Assembly: GCF_001949145.1 (NCBI RefSeq)
Contig: NW_019091357.1
Location: forward strand, 1,729,704-1,793,703
Direction: 5' to 3'
Length of the DNA: 64,000 nucleotides
DNA from: Acanthaster planci
Lineage: Eukaryota
Part shown: positions 14,001-25,028 of the stretch, in pieces
How positions within the stretch are numbered: the stretch's first letter is position 1
Layout of the letters: each line of letters begins with the position of its first letter
The notes under the pieces: model-generated
Told to the model about the DNA's origin: nothing
Seen by the model: the letters and a program-made list of their open reading frames with translations, nothing else
The model's database searches: none
Translations under genes and position numbers: made by a program

Positions 14001-14690
14001 CCTGGACGTGTGCCCCTTTCAGAGTGGGGGCTTAGGTTGTAACTTAACAGGTACCCAGATAACTGGATACACCCTACACAGGCAGGGGCTAATTGGCTGC
14101 CAAGTTTGAGCGCACACATTCATTTACCTGTTCCTTTTAGTAGAACGTGACTACATCGCCTTTGTTTTCTTAATTTTGCCTGTGCAGATTGCACCATGAC
14201 AGTCACCATGGGGTTGATGACCAAGTTTGTTTTCCAGCTCTGGTTTTTTGGAGCCTGTTACTACTGGGCCAACTGGGTCTTTCTTGGGGTTAGTTCACCA
14301 ACTTGTATTTTTACAATTTCCCATAAATGTTGGTGTACATTGTATGAGAGTTTTTCATTTTAATCTAAAATTTTTGTCTACCGAGTGTGAGGCCCGTTAA
14401 AATTTATTTTGGGAAACATTGAACTTTATGGAGAACTAGATGATGCCAGTTCTTTCTCACACATTCTTTTAGAATTAGTCTTCATTTGCAGCAGTTGAGC
14501 ACCTAAAAGGATAGCAGACACACTGTTTCAGCAATTTGTTAATCGAAACGTTCTCTCTCTTTTTGGTTCTTTATAGTTCATCCTCATTGGCTTGATCATC
14601 TCGTTGCTACGGCGGCGGCGCTCATCCATCGAGGACCAAGTGGACTCCTCAGACAGCGAGGACAGCGACGAAGAAATGCTCACTCCATGA
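8087..14690 (+). CDS. LMBRD1: Lysosomal cobalamin transport escort protein LMBD1 (LMBR1 family), 16 coding exons, about 529 aa
   Basis: Exons assembled by hand with GT-AG sites and consistent phases: 8087-8146, 8898-8976, 9243-9340, 9651-9714, 9807-9901, 10142-10209, 10454-10542, 10668-10741, 11103-11228, 11686-11903, 12102-12204, 12532-12636, 12991-13137, 13600-13648, 14188-14288, 14577-14690 (1590 nt). Recognisable LMBRD1 motifs: ALVPIDIFSVSFLKNDDGTYKEWA, PFMIFYYEE, YTAYGVTALP, LPNPVDMLL, VFPLDYI, GIRRIGIWFF, YKIRPHHTKPQALL, FFGACYYWANWVFL; acidic tail DSSDSEDSDEEML. Confidence 0.95.
8387..8550. repeat. Fold-back (palindromic) MITE-like element in LMBRD1 intron 1
   Basis: About 70-bp inverted arms sharing GGGTGATTTTGCACAATGGTAGAAAGGCATTGT with its exact reverse complement, and a very short loop. 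Confidence 0.85.
13260..13500 (+). repeat. CAC-rich low-complexity region / (CCACCACGCCCG)n minisatellite in LMBRD1 intron 13
   Basis: Visible tandem units CCACCACGCCCG at about 13429-13478 within C/A-rich sequence. Confidence 0.75.
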
Positions 14691-15575
14691 AGCAGAAAGA
14701 TCTATAAACAGAAGAACCGTTACCTCGCCATACCATTTTTTGTTCACATGTTAAATCTTTACAAGCATGAGGGTTCCCAAAACCAGTGCAATTTCAAGCT
14801 ATTCCAAAAAATCAGTAATCGAATGTATATTGGTATCCATAATATTGGAGCACATATGTACCTCTTTTCTCAGAACAGGTGAATAACAAAGCAGAGTGTC
14901 GATATCTACATAGCATGTGGTATTCTGGGTGCTGTATCTGAAGGAGTTAGACAGAACTCAATGTGTACAACTGTACATAATTGTGAGCCCTTTGTTTATT
15001 GCTCCACTGCCCTTTGTCTCAGAAAAACACTTAAGACCACTTTTTGGTAACACTGTAGTGTATATATACTGTTTTTTGTGCAAAGAATGCTAAATCCTCT
15101 GATTTCAAGTCTTACTTTGACATCTTGCTGCTCGGCAGCCGGCTGGCAACCAGGTATCACATGATCAATAAACCTGCCAAGTTTTTAAGCAGATGTCCAG
15201 GGGTGTGAATGATTAGTCCGTTGAATTCGATTCAACAGAAGTTACTTCAAGGCGATAGATTCTGTAGGCCATATTAATGCTTTGATAACATCTCTGCCCC
15301 ACATTTATTTTAAGTATTGTCACAGGCTCACTGACGAGCTTTTGAAGACATTAAAATGTGTGTTCTTAGTCATGCACGGTATTCCTGTCAGGATAGTGTT
15401 CAGGGTTGGCAGATAACATTTCTCGAGGAGGAACTTGTGTTCTGTGCCATCAAGAATATAGTTGTGTAATAAACCGGTTACAAAACAACGTGATGTTATA
15501 TCGAAGTAAGATTTGCGTTTTGTTTTTGTATTTGTGACAAAAATTGATATATTTATCAAAGATGATAACTAGATC

Positions 15576-15810
15576 TGGGCCCCGTTTCATGGCGCTGCTT
15601 ACCGCAGAATTCTGTGCTTACGATCTCCATTGTGCGCGAACAGCGCAAGCAGAAAAATTCTGCGCTAACCTTTAAGCACAGAATGCTTAGTTACGGGATG
15701 TACGCATGCGCACAAGCCAAGCTTCCTCGCTAACCCGTGGCAACCGTGAAATACGCTCACTGTTAGTAGGAAAATTGTTATGCGTTGTTTAGCAGAAAAA
15801 ATTGCTTGAC
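15576..15810. mobile_element. Probable truncated MITE fragment
   Basis: Starts with a TIR-like GGGCCCCGTTTCATGGCGCTGCTTA and has internal AAGCAGAAAAA(A)TT repeats; no matching right TIR found. Confidence 0.35.
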
Positions 15811-17017
15811 GGTTCAATAAGTGGACATCAGTTCGGTAGATGTTACCCTTGATGTGGGATTGTGAAATTAAACAACCTTTATCGGGTGTCCTAAGTGGAG
15901 GCCCCTAGAATGATATGCCGCACGTGTTTCTGACGAGTAAGTAATTAGTATTTTGCCACTGACCCCGTCAGATCTCGCTTTTCATTAATTTGATTTGTCG
16001 GAAGTTAATGCCTTCTGGATATGAAGATATACTCCCCCGTCAGTCTCACATCTGAAGCTTTCTCAGCGGAGTCACATTCAACATGGGTTGTAGTTCTATG
16101 CATTCAATTACTACGGGGGGGGCGCTCTATCCTTAGCAGACATATGCAGTCGGATTTAAGCAACCCATATGGTTAGTCAAAGACGCCAACGGATTCAAGA
16201 AAACCTCATGCGATACTCTGTGCAGTGCACTGATATCCGATTCGAAATCTCTTTTCTTCAAACATGTTGAGTGGCGGTTATCAATTCCGGACAACAATCA
16301 AAAGTCGTTTTAGTGGGAGCTAGTGGTGTCAACACGCGTCGAAGAACAGTTTCCATGCAAAGGTGGGTCTAGGACCGCAAGGGAGGGTCAAAATATTGTT
16401 TGCGGGCTGAAAACTTCAGAAATTTCTTCAGGCTCCGTTTTCGGACATTAACACGCTATTCGCAGGAACAGACGTCAGATAGTCCAAAAACTTTCCATTG
16501 AAAAAAATGGGTGCAATTAACGGCCCTGTCCCACCGTTCCGCCATCGCCTACAAGAAACGTCCTTGTTTTTGCCAACTTAATGTGCTTGCTGTTCTAAAA
16601 TGAGCTATGTATTGAATTTTGAACTTTCTGCCCATCATTATAGTTCCAAAAGTATAATCTTGTTGGATAAATATAGATTATACAATGGTGAATCTATTAA
16701 TCTCTTTAACTTTGAATCCGATAAAAGTACTAATCTTGAATCGTATTTAGACTAAGCCGAGAATCTTCGCTCTTAAGATTTACTTGCATGAATTTCTAAC
16801 TGATAATGAAAATATGAAGCTCTTTGTTTGTCCATGGTGTGGCGACCTTCCCAAGTCCCGTGGTACACTTTGTGTATTTTTTGACGATGAACGGTAAAGC
16901 AATAACAAAAATAGGCTAAAATGATGACAAACCCCATATAAAAACAACACACGATGTAAAGCCAGTGGTCAGATGGCTTCGTCACTCGTTAGCTGAGAGG
17001 AACCATCCCCGAGAACC

Positions 17018-17914
17018 ATGAACCGAATTCTTCAAGTCGTTTTGTTTCTGACTGCGGTCACCGTGGTGTTGGGCGCTAACTGCCCAGCGGGTTACTACAA
17101 GCGGTTTGGGGGAAATTGCTACAAGATCTGGGCCGAAAAGAAGAGATGGGCAGAAGCCCACATCCTCTGCGGAACGGAGAACGCTCACCTGGTGACCCTT
17201 AACGATCAGCTGGAGAGCGACTGGGTTAACAGCTTCTTTATAAACAACAGACGTCATGACTGTGGTAAATACTACTGGATTGGGTAAGCCGATAACGTAT
17301 AACTTGAATCGACATGCGGTGATGCACAACCGTTTAGGACTCGACGTTTAATAAAATTTCATGAAATTGAACATCTTAAGATTTTTGTTTTGTTTTGGTA
17401 CGCTGGGTGGAAAATGCAACATTGCGTACTCAAGTTTTCGAAATTGGTATCAAGACGTGTTATAAGCCGCATTTAAATTGCCTGTATTGGTTATGGCTGT
17501 TGACAGTACGTTCGAACATAGAAGCCGCTCGATAAGCCATTTCCTATAGCTGCTTGGTAGGCCTATTGACAAGTATCTGTGGTGAATTTAGACAGCCTGC
17601 ATCAAGAAAAATAATTATCCAGGTATGGTGTAGGGAAACGTTCTACCTCTAATTAAGAACGCCGCCTCTAATGCGTTGAAATTCCCCCATGTCTACGCTA
17701 CAGACTTACTGACCTCCCAAACGAAGGCGTTTGGACTTGGCTAGCGGACAACAGCCCAGTTCACTACACCAAATGGAACACCGGCGAGCCGAACAACAGC
17801 GGGGACGAGGATGGCGTGCAAGTCGACAGTGAGCTGAACAAGTGGAACGACTCCGGTGCCTGGATGTTCTCCGAATGCTTCATCTGTGAGCTGGATCCAG
17901 ACGCCATGTGTTAG
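17018..17914 (+). CDS. Secreted single-domain C-type lectin (copy 1), 158 aa, EPN/WND (mannose-type) motif
   Basis: Exons 17018-17283 and 17704-17914. Signal peptide, CPAG...GNCY, W...C, HLVTL, YWIGLTD, EGVWTW, WNTGEPNN, WND, FICE. TATA box at 16937. Confidence 0.93.
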
Positions 17915-19829
17915 GACCAAGAGACAAATCCCCTTGTTTGTGTTAACTTTAAAGTGAATTCAATTCAGAAGCAAATCGATCGATGACGTTTTTTGTTTTT
18001 GAATGTTCTAGACTGATTCCCGTTTAGAGGAGCCCACACCCACGAGTCATGCCTTGAACACACATCACAAGTGAACGATATGACTCGTTTGCCCATGTAT
18101 ACACGGCCACGGTGACAGCAAATCTGGACCAGAATTCAGCGAAAGGTGTTCTCCTGGTCCTTGTTTTACATTGACATGTACATGGTGGAGATAATTTGAA
18201 ACTCCACGCCTGAAAAAGACACACGCAAAAAAAAGACACGAAAAAACTGTAGACACAAAGCGTAAAGAGTTATCTTTACTGGCAGTCAGCCATCTTCAGT
18301 GCAAGGCTGGTCACGCGTCAGAGTGTTAACGCCCTTCAAAGCGCGCGTGTTGAATGAAGTCATGTCACGTACCCTTTCCAACTACTTGCAAATAAAATCT
18401 GTCATGCCATCCTGATGATTGTCTGATACTTCCCGGATTCTCTCACAAACCAAGATGTTTTTGTTTTTTAATTTACCGGAAACGCCATTCCATGAATTGA
18501 AAAGTTGATTTCTCGTGTGACTTGAAGGATTAGAAAATACACATTACCTGCATTACAAATTGTTAAAAAAGGAAATAAAAATCTTTGGTATAAATGCAAA
18601 AGGAGGTGAGAATTCATTATTGAAAATCTTGTTTTTTGAATCTTCCACTTCTATACCCGCTTTCAAGACACTTTTTTCATTTGCCCACAGAGGATGGTGT
18701 TCTTGTGACCACACCCACTAGTATAGGGTCGTCAATAAGTTGACGGCTGCGGATGCAATTCACACTTGCGCTGTAACAGAGACATTAGCGAACGGTTTTA
18801 GCCACTTCCCACAGACTTACATTTGAGTTACTTCTTCAACAGCTACACTGCCACAACATTTCCACTGTAACACGACCCAAGGTCTAAGGATGAGTCGTGA
18901 AAAGAAGTATGTCTGCTGCCACCAATACTTCAGAAGCCTCACGTTCCTTTAACTGGCTCCCACTGCATGCCATCTCAACTTCGAATATTGGCGCCGATGG
19001 TATGCTCACCCACACGGCAAAAACAAGGAGGCGCCCCCGTTGTTTCCAGCACCCTCCCTTAGTGTCCATTGAACGGACGAGGAAATGAAACCAGCCGAAA
19101 ATGAAACCCCGAATTGTTCCTCTCCTCGAAAAAAATGTAAACAAACTAGACCCAGGCAACCTGGACTAATGTCTGCTTCCCCGACCAAAATTCCCTGACG
19201 ACTCTTGATAAAATCTTGGGTCAGGTATCACCCACGGATAGAAATAGAGTCCTAAAGGTCATAGGGCAAATCCTGGGCAGGTGTGACGACAGTGACATGA
19301 CAGAAAGCGTTTGGCTCAGGTTATTTCCGAATGACCTCGGACGCGCACCATTTTGGGCATGCGCCGTTGGTATACCGAAGTGACTGACGCTCCAACAAAT
19401 AATATTCTGTTGGATAATAAATTAATCGGATGAACCTATTTCCACATCTTTTAATCGGGACTTACATTCCAACCGTGGCCCTCCAATAATGACTGTTTTG
19501 TTTTATCACATAAAATATTATTAATTAACCAGTAACTGATAATTGAATAACTTATTCCAGCTATTAAATTTTGTTTGTCTGCATTGTGAAAGTAATCTGC
19601 AGGTCTGTGGTACACTGCAGGTGTTTGCGATTAGGAATGGCTGCAAAGCCAGATTAGGGACACAAAATTCAAAATCATTCTTATCACTTTTGGTCGCTCG
19701 TTCTGAGATCGTACCAGGATTTAGAAGTGCCTTGTCACTCGCACCGCCGGGCACTAAATTTGCTATAAAGGCCCGATATGTTGGATGCCTCGTCACTCTT
19801 GAAATCAGAGCCTCACACACCGGTGAACC

Positions 19830-20739
19830 ATGAATCGATTGTTCCTCGTGGGCCTGCTGTTATTGGTGGTTACGGAGGTGCTTGCCTCTTCATGCCCGGC
19901 GGGCTACTATCGGCGTCCGGGGGGCAACTGCTACAAGTTGTGGACCCAGAAGAGGAAATGGGGTGAAGCCAACGTCATCTGCCGAACGGAAAACTCCTGG
20001 CTGGTCACCCTCAATAATGAGGTAGAAAGTGATTGGGTCAACAACTTCTTCATAAGCAACAGGCGTCACGAATGCAACAAATGGTACTGGATTGGGTAAG
20101 TTGACAACATAATTCCCAACGAGCCGGTTCGGTTTTATACCAAAAAAATTAGGTCATTCCAGGCCAGGTCATTCGGGAACAGAGCGAGTCAGTGAGGTCA
20201 GCTATGATTGGGCAGACCCACAGAAATCATAAGGAGAAATTAGCTTTACTATGATCTCTTTAGGCAGACCTCGGATGCGCTTCATTGGGCATGCGCTTTT
20301 GGAACACCCAACTGACTTATTACCAACGTAAGAATCGTGCTAGCTGAATGTCGATTTTTTCTGCCAGCCTAGAATATTGGGCATTACACCGAATGTTAAT
20401 AAACGTGACCCAAAAAGCGTTTAAGACGTACCTTTTACCTTATGAATACCGGTTTGGAAACACATTGCAAATACACGACAACATCAGGATCCGTCGGCCC
20501 AACAGTTTTCCCGACTCTTTCCCGACAGACTTAATGACATTTCCAACGAAGACGTCTGGACTTGGATATCGGACAACAGCCCCCTCCATTACTCCAACTG
20601 GAAGAATAACGAGCCGAACAACAGCGGCAATGAAGATTCGGTGGAGGTGGACTGTGAGAACCGTCAGTGGAACGATGAAGACAGCTGGGGCAACGAAGAA
20701 TGTTTCATCTGTGAGATGGACACAGAAGCCACCTGTTAG
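19830..20739 (+). CDS. Secreted single-domain C-type lectin (copy 2, tandem paralog), 158 aa, EPN/WND motif
   Basis: Exons 19830-20095 and 20529-20739, identical exon lengths (266+211 nt) to copy 1. Exon 2 reads LNDISNEDVWTWISDNSPLHYSNWKNNEPNNSGNEDSVEVDCENRQWNDEDSWGNEECFICEMDTEATC. TATA box at 19764. Confidence 0.93.
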
Positions 20740-23019
20740 ACTCAGGAGAAAATCATTATTCACTCATTGGTCACATGATTATGTATCAAACAATGAATTA
20801 ATTGTCAAAGCAAAGACGCTGTGAATGCATTTGAACGATTCCCGTCTTTAACACGGATGCCCTATCAAGCCTTTTAACATAACCGGAAGGGCAGTGCTAT
20901 AGTTATGTTTTTAGGCTATTATCATTTGACACAGTCATCTTTGATCGATTATTTTTCCCAGAAAATTTAAGCTGAAAATAAAAGATTGGCAGAAGCCTAA
21001 CAAAGAAGTGTCGCACAGTCGTAATTCGACAAGTTCAAATTTGGTCGAGGTTTCCTGGTGGTTTTCTGTATCTAAACCACCATCCATGTTCCAAAGGCGT
21101 GCATGTTTGTCACTCCTTTACAAGTGTTATTTGTTTTTCGATCCAAAAATATTAACCTCTATTATATTAAATGAGCCTTGGTTTCTCTTGTGAGTTGCAG
21201 GAAGTCTAAAATAACATTTCAGGAAATCGAAAATGGGAACCATACAGGCACTGGAGTAGCACTCGAAGCTGCATTTCACCTTCACAAAACAACTCCGATT
21301 AACTTCTGGAAGACGCCCCATACGGGAGTTTGTTTCTGACGCTATCGTCCAGTACGTATGGGTGTCTGCTGCCACCAATAGTTTAAAAGCATTCTCAGTT
21401 TCTTTGCGAAATTAGATCAATCTGTTACGAGGGCGCTCTCTCTTCCATCCAATCTTCTTTGCCTATAGAGAGCCTGGCACTTACACAAAGCAACCAAGAC
21501 CAAGGAATAATTTCGACAGAGAGATGTTCTTGTCGTTGTTTGTAAAGATAGGGACATTTTCTTGTACAGCTGTCTACAATAAGAGCGTGCGCAGGGGAAG
21601 AGTTCGAACCAGCTCCCTTTTTCAAATCCTTCGAAAAAAAAAACTTTTTATAAACTTTCTCAATAGGTTTGGATTTATCTTTACGGGCATTTAAAATGGG
21701 CCAGGCAGCTGGACTTTAGGCCTATGTCCTTTTGAAAAAAATTCCCTGGTGCCATACCCCCCCGCCATTGCATTTCGACTCAAAAATTGCTGAAAGGGTA
21801 AAAACATACGAACGCTCCACCAAAAACTCTTGACCACACTCAATGATTCCAACAGGTACCAAGGGGAAACTTTGATGTTCCTATAGTGTGGCAACTGTCC
21901 AACCTGTGGGGTACGGGGGTACCTAACTGTGTCAGCAAATACAAAGAACATGGCGAAGAGTTCTAAAAAGGGATCTTCAAAGAGTGGTGGAGAACGTGTG
22001 TTTCAATAATCATTTTCAATCGCGAACTTTCGGTAGAAGTTATCAGACAGTAAGCGACAATTTGGCGCAAACATGTCTGACGAGTAAAGTAATTCCACTG
22101 AGTTGATTCCAACCGTCATAGCCAGATGGACAGACAGATGAAAATATATCGATTTTGTAATAATTTGAAGCGTAGGGTATAGTACAAAACGATACTTGTA
22201 CATTCAATCACCCTGAGTGGATCTCGTGAGGAGACAGCACGATTTCAAAATGGCCCATCAAATACTAAAAGAGGAGCGCTACTTTTGCTGGCACACCAAG
22301 CGTGTCGAAAGTCCTCCTCAAACAAAGGTTTACATTGAATCTACTAGTTTTCATGGCCATGCTTTTTTATTTACTCTACCTACATTTATATGCATTTATT
22401 TTGATACATATATAATGTTGCAAAAGAAAAAATACAAATTACGTTAACATTACATATAAATGTGAATGGTGTAGATAATAGTTTACAAGTATTACATTTT
22501 CTTACAGGTATTAAAACATTTCATGATAATATCATATAAAGCATCCATTAGTTACTTACACTCAAATCTTGACCTGAGATTAAATAAGATTGGGAAATTT
22601 CATTTGATTAAATGTCGGGTGTTAAGGAAAAACGTTGATTAATATATGTTTCTGCAATGTTATATATGGTAAGTGGACATTACACAAGGAACACGTGAAT
22701 TTAAGTGTCACGGGCGTTTCAGCAACACTTGGGCTAAGTTGAGAGAGAAATTTTACCCCGAAACATTTCAAGTTGGAGTAACAAAGCTGCTGGTATACAG
22801 CGAGTAAACTGGCGCTCTTTACGCCCCTGGTGTACAGGGGATACCAGGGACAATCGGCCTGAAGTGCAAAAACCGTCAGTGCATGCACCAGACAGGAATG
22901 CAAAGGAGCGTAAACCAGCGAAAGGCTTCACCGAAGCAATGCAATAACCATGCGCTCCACTGAGCTCACCGCCCAACACTCAAAACTATATTACCAAAAT
23001 AGTTATTATTGCAATTTCA

Positions 23020-23032
23020 CCACTAGAGGGCG
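23020..23032 (+). promoter_or_regulatory. CTCF core motif
   Basis: CCACTAGAGGGCG matches the CCASYAGRKGGCR consensus. Confidence 0.5.
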
Positions 23033-25028
23033 ATTTTTGGCATGGTAAAGTACTCAAGCCAGTCCATCCAATTCAGTAGAAACGATACTATCTACATGTT
23101 AATCACATGTGGATTGAAATGTTATATGGATTAAAAGCTTACATTACTTTCAAAACCACTGTCCATATGCATGCTTAGTGTGTCAGTGCAAAGGCATGCA
23201 CGTATTATTTGTTTCTATTTTCCAGTATTTGACTTTTGCATTATACCGCGTTAGAACTGATTGAAATGGAGTGATGGCACTTAAATGTACGGTCCCATTT
23301 CATCATCTAAAACTACTGAAAGACATCTATGGTTGAAAGCTTCTCTTCTGACCGGCAAAACCAATACGGTGACCGGTTTAACATAAAGAATAGAAAAAAA
23401 AGAATGTCATCAATATTTCTATACCGTGCCAGCCTCGACCACAAAACACACAGAAACTTCGCCAGCGAAGGTATTCGAAATTTCTCTGTATAGCAGACTA
23501 CGGATGACACAATAATAAGCCCCGGCAATATCTCAAGTGTTAAACGCACCCTGAGGCTGTGGACCAAGTGAGGGCGCAATATCCCCAGCTCTGGGCTATA
23601 TGGGGGCCCTTTTGGCGGGCTGCATTTCGCCGATTCACGAACAACTATGGAGAGCACGCGTCGCAGTCGCGTCACTTTCAAAACAGACAACACTCCCCAC
23701 CAACGTGCCTCGTTTATGAAGGGGGGGGGTGTTCCTGCTAGGGACGTGGCGAAGGCATTTTCTGTGGGGTGCCAGGTTCAATTCAACGACTAATAACTTG
23801 TTCGCCAACCTGTGAAATGAAAATCCGTGGTACGCTACATTTCATGTTTCAGGAGAAATACCAACGTATGTCGTTCAAGTACCAGTTTTGAATTGATTTG
23901 CCAACTGAAGCTCTATTTGCCGACTGGAAATGATTATGGGATGGTGCTGTATCCCAACCCACCCCTCTCCAGGTCGTAACTCCCCTGGCTACTGCTCAAG
24001 GCAGATAGAGTTAACACGCACTCGTTCTTTACCGGAGACGCGCCGGCATTTGGCAAGCCACGACAAACAACCAGTCGAAGAGGCATATAGAAAGGCAAGT
24101 ACCACCCGCGCAAGAGCCTGGCACCACCGCAGCGATGGCTTATTCCGGAAGAGGAATATTCCGTTCTACTGCTCTTGCAAGAACTCTACGCTGTGTGGCG
24201 TGCGTCCGAGTTCCTTGAGAAAAACATACCGGTGCTGACTGTTTCTGCCAGGCGCTCGAAGGAAGCATTCCAATGTAGTCGTGCAAGTATTTTTACTGAC
24301 ACTGAATACCTCGTGTCGGCAAATAAAGGTCCACAGATAATTAACATTTCTGATTCTGCAAGGGTCGAAACGCCAGGCCCTCCATATTTTGTGTTTTTTG
24401 TTTTTATTCACAAAGGATAATAAGAAGCGTATTTGTCTTCCTCATTCTGATAGATCCTTGGTACTGGTCCCTTGGAACCAACAATACCTCAAGAAATAAG
24501 AGTTAATATTGCGGGTGTCCAAAAACGGAGAATTTCTGGGAAACGACGATATCGTAGTCATAATTTAATTGTACAAAGATTCTATAGATTTACTCTACTC
24601 ACCTTGAATACTGAGGCAAAAGACGCACATGTATTGAGGAAGATTGCTTCATGGTCATGGCATTTCGACTTTGACAGACTTCAACGGGAGGATTAGTTCC
24701 TTCTTACGTACGTGATTATCTTAAGCTGTGTAAAACGGCGAATACATTATTGTAGGAAGTGATTTGACACGGTGGATGCTCACACGATGGGTAGGGGTTC
24801 ATTAAAACGAGATGTGGACAGAAGAATTAGCAAGGATGTACATGGGGATTTCTTTTATACATAGACACTGAATTGTAAGTGCGGGTTGTGTTATGTACCA
24901 AGAGTAAAACGGTCATTGCTATCGACGAATTTAATATGAAATCGTATTTTGACTCAAAGGATAATCATTATTGTAAGTCGATCAGATGATTCTACTGCAA
25001 AACGGTTTCCGTTCAAGCACGAAAATGA

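Noticed and set aside
20348..20824. 158-aa ORF over lectin 2 exon 2
   Set aside because: Wrong frame; the real exon is read after splicing at 20529.
21949..22008. Short ORF MAKSSKKGSSKSGGERVFQ with good start context
   Set aside because: Only 19 codons, with no clear donor or downstream exon; unsupported.
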